Shown: positions 50,301 through 62,486 of the stretch, in pieces
Layout: every line of letters starts with the position of its first letter
How positions within the stretch are numbered: the first letter of the stretch is position 1
NCBI GenBank assembly: GCA_030141605.1
Contig: JAQGDQ010000268.1
Location: forward strand, 81,305-145,304
DNA from: Tubiluchus corallicola
Lineage: Eukaryota > Animalia > Priapulida
Length of the DNA stretch: 64,000 bases
Reading direction: 5' to 3'
The notes under the pieces: generated by a model
Database searches by the model: none
The model's input: only the letters and a program-made list of their open reading frames with translations
What the model was told of the DNA's origin: nothing
Program-made: the position numbers and the translations under genes

Positions 50301-53300
50301 TCCCGAACTGAATGTGGTCCCACTACTGGTAAGAAGTACAACTCTAGTATTGTCATACCGAGCATTGTTCAATACATATGATAATTCTTCCAAAGCCTGC
50401 AACAAAAGACTCTAAACTTAACTTTTTCCTTAGCAATCTTGCAGCATATATAATCAATTCATAAATTACAAACTAATTGGTTCATAATCCGCCAGTACTA
50501 CCTTAAACACAAAAATAAACTATATAGTGGATTTAAAACACTTGTAATGGAGAATGCAAAACTTCTAATATTCTGCTGTTTTTCTGTTCCCTTTTCCCTT
50601 TTATAGTATAAATACATGTATGAAAGTATGAAAGTAAGATTTAAAAAAGAGTTTTAACAATAAATGATAGAACTACTCTACAAAGCATAAAAAGCACCTA
50701 TCAATTGCTGTAAATTCATCAACTACATGGGTGTAACTAAAATCCACCAGGCACAACCAATCAAACAATTAAAATAAAACATGTATTTTTTATAGGCCAT
50801 TTGTAAACAGTTCAAGAACTGCTAGTATCTACTAATAACTTAATACTGCCAGTAAGAGGCTTGTTTGGCTAAAAACACATTGATAATATGATTTTTTGTC
50901 CGTGCTACTGAACACATACCTGTGGGCCTAGTGCATTTTTCAATTTTGCACTTGTGTTCAATGTCACGTGCGTATAACTGTCACATTTCTTAACAACAAT
51001 TTCCTTGAACTTGTATGCGCCTTCGTGTTGTCGCTTGCTCAATCGTCTGTCCTCTGTAAACAAACGATTCATTGGTAAATCAAACACAATTTTATTTGCT
51101 AGTAAAACATGATTATCAGCATCAAATACACAGATACCTAGATGAACTAATACCATCAAATTATTTAACACATAGATAATCACGAGACAGCAATTCAAAT
51201 CAAATACATGTACAGCTTTGCATAACAGAGCTATAAATAATTCTTGTTTTACTACTCAGCCAAAGACAAGTAAGTTATGGTGTAAAGTTCAACATGAAAT
51301 AAGTCTACAAAATGACCTAACAAGGTATATTAACCCTTTCACTACGTACAACTTTACCTTTTAACTGGGCCATATTGACTTTTGCACGTTTGACAATAAC
51401 TTCTTGTGATGTGTTACTAAAACACAATCTTGTAATTAAACAAATAGTTATCCGTTATTGAGTATTGATATTAAATATTAGTTTTATTTCTACACATGCA
51501 CACATTTACGAGCACACATACAGACATGCACACCATCATAAATAAGCATGTACTAATATTTAGAAAGCAGTTTTCAGAAAAGACACAATACTAATCCATA
51601 ATATGCAATCATTTTGTAAGAATGCAGAACAATCAACTAAACAAACATTTCATAAATGATCTACAAGTGATTTTGTGTGGGAACATACCATACAGTACAG
51701 TATTATGGCATGCACCTGGCTTCAGACGCTGATTGGCTGGTTAGCACTACTCATTGTGAAGCAACCCCCAATCCCACGGCTGTTAAATTTTTCTACAATG
51801 TTTTGCATATCCGTAGCAGTGAAATAAACAGACATGAGTGACTGCGCTTAGTGTTGAGCTTGGGCGGCAGTCTCCTGCCTTCCATCCCTCGCATGAAAAA
51901 CATAGGCGGCAGTGTGCCGCTTTCCGTAATGAAAGGGTTAGTCTACTAGATACAGCATATTCCTTTAACGAATAAGAACAAGAACTCATTTACTGATGCT
52001 CAGTCTTACTAGCATGGGCTTACTTAACAAAAGTGCAAGGAACATTTGAACCCCAATTTATAACAACTGGTAATCTTAGCAAGGCTATGTGTTACGTGTG
52101 CCAAATTTTGTTTGCACGGGTTTCGGTATAAATAGCAATTTATTAATTTGCTGTGCTTTTATAAGTTTCTTAAAGACTTTTTTAACTATTTTGAGACAAC
52201 TAAAGTAATACTGCGAGAAATTAAACAGGGTTTACATACTATGTTATTTACAAAATTAGCAACAAACAACTATTAAAAGTCAGTTCATAGCAAAAAAAAA
52301 CTTCAAGCAAATTTTCATGTAAAGCCAATAATCTTGGAATGTCATATAAGGAAGAAGCTGGCTACAATCGATCACATACCATTTTTGTTACAAGCTTTCA
52401 TGATGACCATTGGTGCAGCAAACTGTGAACTTTTCAACAATCGTGGTAAACGACCGACTGTTCTGTTACTTTTGAACATGCTAAGTTTTAGTGCCGCATC
52501 TCTTGCGGCAAGTTGTACGCTGTCCTCTGCTGTCATGCTCTCAATGCCATTCAAACGGACGATGGGTGATATTCCATTTGAGTTCCCATTACCTGCAACA
52601 ATTTTCGTGCAAGATCATTATTACAAATTTTTAATTTATTTTTCTACAAATCTGTATCACTTTAATTAACTGCAATAATACTGCCGTATATCCTACAGTG
52701 ACATGGTCATACATAATATGCTTGTTTAATTGACATAGAGTTGCCTATCATTATAGAGAGTGGTAAAGAACTGATATTTTTTAAAATATTTAGTGGCCAA
52801 AGACCAATTGAACTTTTTGAATAGAGATACTGCAGTTGAAATTGGAAATTTGGAATAACAGCAAAATTGCATCGATCAGCCATAGACAAGAAACTGCAGA
52901 CACATTCCGTGCATCACTACAGGTTCTGTAAACTGCACCAGTGCTAATGTTTCGTTTACCATGTCTAGCATATGAAAAGTCATTTTAATACAGTAGGCGC
53001 CATTTAATAGATTCGAGATTAATAGAATCAAATGACCAAAAAGTTCTGGAATGGGCTGCTTCTATTTAAGCATATGCAAAAAACAGTCAGTAATTAACTC
53101 AAATAACTACTCATAATTGACTCAATATTTTTGCCTCGCATACTTAAAATAAGCGCGTGTGATCAAAAAAACTTTTCTACTTTTACGTGAACTATTCTTT
53201 GTGAGCTTACCTGCAACTAACAGCATAGAGTTAATTTTGAAAGATAAAGCATATTACTGTAACTATTTGAATTAAATAGCTCTCGCAGCCTTTGCAATAC

Positions 53301-56300
53301 ATACAAAGCTGACATGTGATGACTCGTACTTTTATACCAGTAATACTACATCCGTCGGCTAGTAAATTCAATCGGTTAATTGGGCCAAAACACTTTCATC
53401 CCAAAGCAAGTCTATTAAGCAGTACCTACTATATAATATTGTTTTAAATTATTTTAACATCACTACAATACTATCCTGATTTAGAGCATAACAGTACATA
53501 ACAAACAGTAATTACTGGAATGAGTATGAATGGCCACAATAAGTGCCTAGTACCTGGAATGTATGCTGAACCTGGTCAGCAAATGGATATGTGACTGCTG
53601 ATATAATAGCTCTGCGTAGTTTCATTATTACACTGACTACAGTTATTTATCTCACTCAGAGAAGACATATAATACGTGCATCTCTACACGTCCATTGTTT
53701 CAAACATAAGGGATTCTTCTTGATTTGATTTGATTTTAATTTTATTTCAGACAAAAAAATCCATACAAAATACAATACATAAAATTAATAACTTTGACGA
53801 ATTGCCTAGGTTCTAATCCTGCCACAACCACCTACATTTACACTTATCTACATGAAAGCTCGATTTTAGCTTCAGGTGTGCCAAACTGTATAAAACAGTT
53901 ATTAGTGCATAAATATAACAATAGAGTATACCTGACAATGCGTTGTCATTCAATAAACCGCTCTCACTTGACAAGTGCCCATTTGAAGTCGAACTGAACT
54001 TGAAGATGGCGCCACCTTTTTGATCTGGAAGTACAAGATGTGTAAAGGTGTTTCACAAGAGACTAACATTCCTAACAAAACTTGATTCATTGAAGTGCAC
54101 AATTTCGACAGATGCTATGAAAGACGTACAATTTATTCAACTCACTAAAGCGATGCTGAAGCTCTAGCATAATTCGTTAACATTTTGATCAAATGTCTGC
54201 ATGACCGTTCATAAATTAAATTTTTACTAGACCACAGTATTTGCACTTTGTAATTAGAAAAGCACAAAAAATATATAATATACTAATAAGAAAGAGCTGG
54301 GACATCTCCAAATGATATGATAAAAATGTACTGCACCATGATTAGGCCAGTTGTTGAATACGCTTGTCAGGTATGGCACCCATCTTTTTCCCAACATCTC
54401 TCTGATTTGTTAGAAACAGTTCAAAAACGTTCATTGAAAATAATTTTTCCAAATGAAAACTACACCAATGCTCTAACTTTGGCTAATCTTCAACCTTTAT
54501 TTAACTGTTGCCAAAATTTTTACAACCTTTTAGTTGTAATGATGATAAATAAACTTATAACTTATACAAAAAATTACCATTTGAAATTGATTTTGCCAGA
54601 AGCTTTGTCTTTGCTTTCTGTGCATCGCTAGTAACCCTAGTATTCGTCTGTTTCACAGCCTTTTTCAGCAAAGCAGATGCTGCAAAATTAATCGGCGATG
54701 AATTTCCTACGTAAGAAACAAAATTATAAACCAAAAATTAAAAATCAGGTAATGTGCTGTTGTTGAGAAAACTAGTAGAGTAGTCGACATTTCAGAGTAA
54801 CTAATTCCATCTTTAAGGAGAATCTGTAATAGCATAAATAGCAAAACTTCTAACATATCATAATAGTGAAAATATCAAAGATACTCAGTTACAATACAAT
54901 AATAAGTCTAAAGTTAGAAACAAGACAAGAATAAGATAACTTCTAATCAGATAAATAATCAGATTATTCAGTTTGCTCTAAAATTTTGCAACATTTTGCG
55001 AATAGGCTATATTATTTATACGTCTGTTCTGATTCTTGTTGTTACTGTTGGTACATATTTGTTCTTGTTGGTACTTCGCTGATGTGCTTTTTTCCTAACA
55101 GTCTGTGATCCTGCCTGTTGTTTATGATATTGCTTATGTCTGATTCTTGTCTGATTTTAAACCGTAATACTAAATTGTAATTAAGAGTCCTTGTTGTTTC
55201 TTCGGTATTATGGTTTTACAAGAGGTTTTGTTATTTGTGCTTCTACAGATTCTCATTAAAGACGGAGTTACTTACTTCGAAATGTCGGATAATATACTAG
55301 CATTCTCAGTAACAGCATGTTGTTAGCATTTCCTGTTGCCTGACATTATTACAGAAAATGGAAGTAGAGTTGCTTGTTGATTAACTTGCAGTGAAATCAC
55401 AAGGCCTACATTCAAATTAGGAGAGTAAAATGCAGAAAGAAAGGAAGAGAATAAAAAGGGAACACAAAAAAGAGAAACCAAGAATGCAAAAGAAAGAAAA
55501 TGAGAAAGAAATAGACAAGTAGCGCAAGCCCGAATGAGAGGAAAACAAAGAGGAAAAGGAAATAGAAACAAGGAAAACACGGGAGAGATAAACACAAGAG
55601 CAAAGAGAGACAGAAAGAAAGAAAGAAAAGAAAGATTAATAAGTAAAATGTATTTTCAAATATTTAAATGAGATTAGTGTTCAAACTCATTTTCAGGAAA
55701 CAATTTTCTGGATCGGTCCAAAGCTAACTCACTTTTTCCTCTTTTGATTCATATAAACACCTCTACATTGCTGACTAGTAACATTTATTCCTCGAGAAAC
55801 TCCGTTAAATTTCTGATCACGACCCTGGGACTACAATGGGACTTCAGTCACTTAATTTAAAAACCCACTAACTTCTGTTAAAAGAATTTAGAAATATCGA
55901 TACGACACGGCACTATGTATGGCTTACATAACACATCCCAAAAGCAAGTGATTTAACGGATGCTAGGGGCCCCCCTGTGTCTTTCGGGTTCTTGGAAATA
56001 AAATGGAAGCTTGCTTTAAAAAATAAATTACATTACCTGAGACTTTTTTCTGAAAGTTTTCCAGTTTCTTGGTCTTTGTTTCAATAAGGCTAGCCTTGCT
56101 TTTCACTACTGTTTTATTATCGTTCATTTTCTGATGTTTCGTTCTTTCAAATTTCTGACTTTTCGATTGACCTTGCGAGTTACTAATATCTTCAGAAGGG
56201 CGCTTCATTGCTCCAGCTTTTCCAGCAGCATTTACAAATTTAACAACAGTACTTGATCTAACACTAGAGCTTGACTTAGCAGGGCTAACGTCAGCAGTGT

Positions 56301-58497
56301 TTGTGCCTTTTGTCACTATAGTTTCTGAATATGAATGACCTGCACGTTTTAGTTTTGCTTGCCGAGGAGAAATCTTGCCTGCACTTTTGAGACGATCGAG
56401 ATATTCGCAACTTAGGCGGTTAATAATTTTAAATTTTGAACCCGAACTGCGAGATGATGATTGTGCAACAGAAGGTTGCTGCTTAGTCTCTGCATTTACT
56501 GCTGGCACAAATTTATCAGGTTTTTGCCTGTTTCTTGGTGAGATAGTTCCAGCTGATTTTAGGCGGTCCAAATATTCGCAATCAAGTTCTAATAAAAGTC
56601 TGTGCAATTTGGACTTTTGTGATAGATCAGGTGTCGAGTTTCTATCTGAATCAGCATCATGTCCAGCTGGACCATTTTCCTTTTTAACCTCATTCATATC
56701 TTCAGTGGATGAAATATCTACACCGTTAAGTTTGACAATAGGTTTTGCTGGCCTAATTTCACTGATTTTTGTTTTCATTCCTATTTGTTTCAAAAGATCA
56801 GAATTAGAAGGACTATGTTTACGTTCAGGCTGGGAATTACACTGCCTTCCTGAACCTGGAAATGACTTAATAGGACTGTGGTACTCAAGCACGGGAAGAT
56901 TTGATGGCGAATGTTCGGCACTGAGTGCATTAGATACATCACTAATATAATCAATATCAGGTAGGTCATCATTTTCACTGACTTTCGAATTTGGCGAAGA
57001 AGTTTTCATTGATTGTCTAGCAGCCACATGTTCGAACAGATTTGTTTTCATAGCTGTGCTTGATGTATCCGATCTACCACTAACCACTGAGCCAGAGCAA
57101 TGCCCAGCAGTGCTTGACATAGATGATCTACCATTAAATGCGGAGTCATAACAATGTCCAACAGACATTTTCACTTGATCTGCAATCGAACAATTGCCGT
57201 CATTTGGTTTGCTACAAGCATCTCCACCACCAGATGCTGAAGATTTCCGACCTCTTCTTTCAGTGTCTGACGCATTTGACAGCAATGCTCGAGTGAGCCT
57301 GGATGCCGGCGAGAAGTGTGCTCCACTTCTGAAAGACGTATTCAATCGAGACTTATAACGCCAGGATCGAGACATGGATCTTTTTTGAATTTTTGATGAA
57401 TCAAAAGGTTTTTCACATCTTACATAACACTTGCTGGTGCTTGAATGTCTTGTGTGTTTTGTACTCACAGTGTTGCAATCAGTTGAAGCTGTGGATGAAA
57501 GTAATTGTTTTAGCATGATTTTGCTATCTGGTAATTTATCATCACTTCCTTTGAACTTACTATTTGACAAATTCAATGTATCTACATCCGTTTTACTCCT
57601 TTTCTTTGTTGCATTGAAATTTTTACAAATCACAGATCCTTGTAAACCATCAGAGGATATGCTTCCAATAGTACTCATCAAATCTGTCGGTTTCATCATT
57701 ACAGGAGATCCATCTCTTTGTAAATGAGACGGTACTGTGTACACAGGACAGTCACCTTCAAATTCGCAAGTTGCCCCATTGTCAACATTTGAGTGCTTTT
57801 CTCTTGGCAAACTTCTTAAATTATGAGGGCTAACAGAAGGAGACTTAGAACTGGACCGGGTCCTACAATTCAAACTGTTCGATGGAATTGACAAAGTTAT
57901 AGCTCCGTTTACATGTCCTTTAGACTGCGTTCCGGAGTAAAACACATCTTTATCAAATTTGGTTTCCACAGATAAAGACGGCGGCTCCTCAGAACATTGG
58001 GTAATCATGTCCGAAGTAGTTCTGAATGACTGCAACTCCTCAGTTAAACTAACATTTTCCTCAGGATCACCACTGCAGTTGCCATGCATAGAATCTCTAC
58101 ACTGCGGTGATGATAAACTTTCAGATTTAACATGATATGCACCCGGACTTGCTTTTAGCATCGACTTACTGTTCTTACAGTTACAAGACGGAGGACAAAC
58201 GTGCTTCTTCACGCGTGGTCTCATGCTTTTTCTCACAGGTAGGGTACTAGCAGCAGTCGGTGTTGCACCAGTTTTCATATTATCGTCACTAAACGAGAAA
58301 GTATTGCTGTCTGGCATGTTTGAATTTTCATCCGTAGCAACGTGGAAATCGAGATCGTTTTCAGGGAATATCTGGTCGATCAGAAAGCCACTCTGTTTTG
58401 GAGCTTTCTTCGGCTGCAGTGTAGTATTCTTGAAAAAGTGTCCATTATTACAAATAGCTTCTCTTGGTGTAGTTGTATTTGATCTAACGCTGTTCAT
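47161..58497 (-). CDS. CDYL: CDYL-family protein (C-terminal crotonase/enoyl-CoA hydratase-isomerase fold, long low-complexity N-terminus); 8 coding exons, 3711 nt, about 1236 aa
   Basis: Exons (minus) 58497-56037, 54706-54578, 52592-52380, 51137-50920, 50396-50233, 48679-48469, 47957-47814, 47331-47161; GT-AG and frame-consistent. RRLSKRQHEGAYKFKEIVVKK...YTHVTL, FSSGLDL, FSKPVVLAVNGAAVGLGAAILPLCDVVYASDKATF, NEMLMVGRRLTATEACQHGLVSQVF and ALESTKMLLR match my recollection of the CDY/CDYL C-terminal domain. The 5' start is less certain. Confidence 0.88.
47814..47957 (-). CDS. CDYL: CDYL-like coding exon 7
   Basis: TNEMLMVGRRLTATEACQHGLVSQVFLANNFMHQVVPLVKHMASAPPS|gtaagt; 144 nt. Confidence 0.94.
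48060..48230. repeat. CT-rich low-complexity tract (intronic)
   Basis: Directly visible. Confidence 0.8.
48469..48679 (-). CDS. CDYL: CDYL-like coding exon 6
   Basis: QFLQALVSFSKPVVLAVNGAAVGLGAAILPLCDVVYASDKATFSMPYGQLGQTTEAFASYTFPSLLGYAL|gtaag; 211 nt. Confidence 0.95.
48773..49757. mobile_element. Tigger/pogo-type non-autonomous DNA transposon in CDYL intron
   Basis: 26-bp TIR CAGTAGGCGCCGCTTAATAGACTCAC with one mismatch, TA TSD. Confidence 0.9.
50233..50396 (-). CDS. CDYL: CDYL-like coding exon 5
   Basis: ALEELSYVLNNARYDNTRVVLLTSSGTTFSSGLDLHYFLNKKYIDTTERMLEALR; contains the crotonase oxyanion-hole segment FSSGLDL. Confidence 0.92.
50920..51137 (-). CDS. CDYL: CDYL-like coding exon 4 (start of crotonase domain)
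   Basis: GICVFDADNH...RRLSKRQHEGAYKFKEIVVKKCDSYTHVTLNTSAKLKNALGPQ|gtatgt. Confidence 0.88.
52380..52592 (-). CDS. CDYL: CDYL-like coding exon 3
   Basis: ttgcag|GNGNSNGISPIVRLNGIESMTAEDSV...KACNKNG|gtatgt; 213 nt, phase 1-1. Confidence 0.75.
52991..53431. mobile_element. Internally deleted second copy of the 48773-49757 family
   Basis: TA|CAGTAGGCGCCATTTAATAG start; shares ATAATTGACTCAATATTTTT and ATACCAGTAATACTACA blocks; degenerate right TIR. Confidence 0.85.
54250..54520 (+). mobile_element. CR1/L2-clade LINE ORF2 remnant, antisense in CDYL intron
   Basis: MYCTMIRPVVEYACQVWHP...LETVQKRSLKII, the conserved post-RT motif (IRPxLEYxxxVW...LExVQ) of CR1/L2 LINEs. Confidence 0.85.
54578..54706 (-). 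CDS. CDYL: CDYL-like coding exon 2
   Basis: ttcttacgtag|GNSSPINFAASALLKKAVKQTNTRVTSDAQKAKTKLLAKSISNG|gtaat; 129 nt, phase 1-1, open. Confidence 0.7.
55430..55635. repeat. GA-rich low-complexity tract
   Basis: Directly visible. Confidence 0.8.
56037..58497 (-). CDS. CDYL: CDYL-like giant first coding exon (about 820 aa, Ser/Lys-rich, probably disordered)
   Basis: 844-aa ORF 55963-58497 with donor TCAG|gtaatg at 56037; phase 1 matches the next exon; strong acceptor ttttttcag at 58662-58670. Confidence 0.8.
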
Positions 58498-58825
58498 TAC
58501 TACAGCAATTTGGCCTTTTACACATATGCCACAGGTTCAGTTGAAGTTGTGTCAAATGTGTGGGCACAAATTACACACGTGCCATAAACTCAACATGGGG
58601 TGTCATATGCATGTACACAGATGAGGTCCATTGCATGCATAACAGCTGCATTACTGTAGATCTGAAAAAAGAATTTCATATTTAAGTTAAACAAAAACTC
58701 AAAATTACTAAACAATTTCTTGATTAATTAATTAAACAATCTCAATTCATCCTCCTGTGCAATGGATTTAGGTGACACTTACCGATTCTATGCTAAACAT
58801 GAGAATTCTGACCAATTTGCTAAGT

Positions 58826-58895
58826 GGGCCAATAACACAAGTGGTAGAGAGTGTGACCTGTAACTGCAAAATTCTAGGTTCAAATCCCAGTTACT
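58826..58895 (+). mobile_element. Degenerate tRNA-derived SINE head
   Basis: TAACACAAGTGG (A-box-like) ... GGTTCAAATCCC (B-box). Confidence 0.45.
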
Positions 58896-60058
58896 CATAA
58901 ATTTTAGCACTTTTCTCTAAACAATTAATTACTTGTTCAGGTTAGGTTAACAGTTGGTCTTACATAAACGATTAGATTTATTAATTCTCAAATAAAATGT
59001 TCATTCCATTTTCATACAGTATAACACGTATATTTCATATCACTTTCATATCTCGTGTAATATTTTCGTGACGACCCTACATAAAACACTTAATTCATTG
59101 ATCTGTTTTTCAGACTACCTACCTATAAGCTTGAGTATTAGTAGGACAAATCTACATTTTGGGATCTGAAACCGATATTGTAAAAAATCTGACGAGATAT
59201 GATCAGAAACATTAAATAAATAGGTAAAATTTAACCTGATATTTGACAAAATTTCATAACAATAAATAACTAAGTAAACAAAAGTTTACATTTTCGGGAA
59301 ACTGATAGCTAGACACGCATGCCCTCACTAACACAATCAGAAAAAAATCAAGTGAAGATGATAAAGTGTGCACTGCACAAATAAAGATAGAGCTGATTAC
59401 GTAATTACAATAGATTTCATACGATCAGCGATGTCCAGTTTATCCAGAGTTTGTTTTACATATTAAAGTGAAAGACTTTCGCGTTGTTGAAAATACAACA
59501 GCTAAAATAAACACACAAAAATGCATCAGTTTCTGAAGTCTTACATTGAACAATGGAAGCTAACTAAACGTCTGAACTCTGAACACTTAATTTTAATATT
59601 AAACCACGTGAACTCAAATTTCATAACTTAGAAGCAGAATGTTATCGTTTAGGTGACTATGCATGAATTTCCAGCAAGGAATTGAGCCAATGAACTTTTT
59701 AGTCAGGCAAATGCAAGGGCAAAGCTTAAACACACATGACCTTGAAGATGAGAACAAGCCATTACTTTAAAACTAGGATAACTTCGCACGCAATCTGAAA
59801 CGTGACTGCTCGCATCCACGGCTGCAAACATTTCAGGCTGAAGAACCTGTTCATATCTTTGGCAACATGGTTAATCCAGTTTTTCGGTAAACTAGGAACA
59901 TGATTAGAACATGAAAGGGTCACTGGCAGCTGACAATGAAAAGAATATTGCGTATGCATGCTGGATTGCTATTTTTGTTGCATAACTTTTTAAAGTTTCA
60001 AATTCTTGATCATTTTGACACTACTGACAGCAATAAGCAGAGCTCTCCAACAACAAAG

Positions 60059-60290
60059 CATACTGCCGAAATTTAAAAACAATAAAATTTCATTGCTGTA
60101 AAGACAGTGAACGTTAAGCTAAGCGCATACAACATCTCTACGCATACTGCCAAATTTCATCACTCAATACCTAATCAACGAAGTCACAAAATCATACAAC
60201 ATACGTACGCACCCTGCCAAATTTTATCCCCAACAGCTAACGAAAGAAGTCACAAAATCAAAATTTCATTGTTGTAAAAAGAGTGAACGT
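60059..60290. repeat. Patchwork tandem repeat
   Basis: Repeated blocks CATACTGCC(G)AAATTT x3, GAAGTCACAAAATCA x2, AAAATTTCATTG.TGTAAA...AGTGAACGT x2. Confidence 0.6.
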
Positions 60291-60679
60291 GAGTGGATTC
60301 AGGTCACCGGACAGGATGTTCACCTACGACCGTCGTCTCTCTGCCGATCTGCAACATGACTTAAAATGAAAACGAATGATCCAAATTAAGTAGAAATAAG
60401 CTGTACAGGAATCATCATTACACGTATAAAACTGCGACTTCTTGGCCTGAAAGGTCAAAGGTGAAGTTCCCAAGCAGTATGATCTGCTGATTGCTCGTTT
60501 GTCTCTCACTCACATAATCACAAGGTTTAACCCATCGCCACTTTCAGTAGGCTTTTAACTAAATGCCATAACAACTGTGGTAGTCAGTCCATGTCTTTGT
60601 TGTTTGATAGATTTATGTACAAAGTTTTTTTCTATTTGTTGCAGTGAAAATTGAAAATCAACAAACAGTTAAAAGGTAA

Positions 60680-61169
60680 AATGAAAAACCTACATGATCC
60701 AAGAAAATCGGATGGAGTCGGACATACTTTGTCAGACGTCGTGTAAGGGGAAAATCTGGCGACTAACTGATCGACCCATTGAATGAAGTCAGACGAAAGT
60801 CGGAGGTGTTTTACTTTTCACCCGACTGTCTTCTGACGTCTTGGTATTATAACCAATAATAAAACTTCTTGCGTTCACGTGACGAGAAAGGGAGAGAGGG
60901 GTTACGGCATTTAACAATTAACAACAATTACATTTCACTTAACAATGTTGTTTATCTTGTAAATAATTAAAACAACAAGTTTGCATACAACCCATATCAC
61001 GTAACCATAGAAAAACTACGTTATGTGAATAAACTGCCCTGGTTGCAGGATGATTGTAATAAATTGTGGCACTTACATGCCTTCCTAAAACAAATGTGAC
61101 AAACGCAATATTCAAACAATGCAAATTTGTCAGAAAATAGGACGAAAATCAGATCATCTAAACCGGGCT
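60680..61169. mobile_element. Degenerate PIF/Harbinger-like MITE
   Basis: Right end GATCATCTAAACCGGGCT|TAA, left end degenerate (TACATGATC), AGTCGGA/AATCGGA subterminal repeats. Confidence 0.4.
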
Positions 61170-62486
61170 TAAGTTTAGCTGAACATCTACAAGTAGGCTT
61201 TAGTGGACACCCTTAGAAAAGTACTGAAGTGAATGTAATGAAACACACTTATAGTGACCAACACGTTGTATGACTCAGTGAAGTTTACTTAAATCCCTTT
61301 ACTAGAGAACTCAGCCAGCATTTTCAGCAGATGAAACAGCTGGAATGAATCAATAATTTCTACTTAAATCCCTTCACAAAGTCTAAAACAAAGAAAATTT
61401 GGTGGAAAAGGCGAAACATTGCCTTTTGTTGTTTCATTTGCAATCAATTATTGCAGTAGTTGTAGCAATTTTGCGATTGTTGTAGGCCTCATATACTGAT
61501 ATTCAGAAAAAACATTCAACGGTAAGTGCTAACCAATTTGAAAAATTAAATTCATCCCTGTTCGGTGATGGTTATTTAAGTGACACTATGCCAAGAAGGG
61601 GCTTTTTAGAGTCTAAGTCAAACCTACAGCCAGCTGCTACAAGATGAATTCAGATATATTACATGTGAATCAACAGTCTTCTCTTAATGTGCACATGAAT
61701 TACTGCATTTCTTAATATCTTTAAAATCAAAACAGTATCCTAGGCACAAGCTGCTATTAAAACCTTATAAACTTTTCTTGCAATATTTACAGCAAGCAGT
61801 GAACACAAATTTTTTTTAATCAAACCTAACAACGAAAAACCAAAAACCACCTCTATAGAACAATGTCATTGTCTACTGCAGAAACACCAGAAGCTTTTAC
61901 GGTGAACATCTTCTATAAAGATCTCCACATATTTCAGTATTTTTGGAAAAAAGTAAAGTCAAAACCTCAAGCAAATTAAATTTATGATGGGATACTTCTC
62001 CTCCTTCCACCATTTACTTTCTATTCCTCTCAATGACTGGCTTATGCATACATGGCTAGCATGCACCCCATTGTATGTCAGGGCCTTGTTTAAATTGTAT
62101 GGATAATCAATGTCAGGATAAATAAAAAGGAATTCTGGAACTCAATAGCTGAAGCATGCAGAATCAGCCTGCAGCTCAATTTTCATCCAACAATGGCTCA
62201 AGAGATTTTTGGCACATTTCTGACCCAAACTCCAATCATAGTAAAACTGACATCCGTCACTTAATGGACCAGAAGTTTTCTCAACATCAAAAATGATGGT
62301 GACTAGAAATTCCATCAAAAAACTTCTTATTTGAATGAAACAAAATTGTCCCTTTTGAAACTCAAGTTACTCAACTTGAATTAAATGCACTCATTTAAGC
62401 AGCAAATTGACTAAAATTTGCATATTCATATTGAAAAAATCAGCGTATTTAATTTAGTATCCCAAATAAAAGCGAGGGTTCAAGGG

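Noticed and set aside
56375-58624. Plus-strand ORFs of 191, 98 and 133 aa
   Set aside because: Antisense shadows of the large CDYL exon
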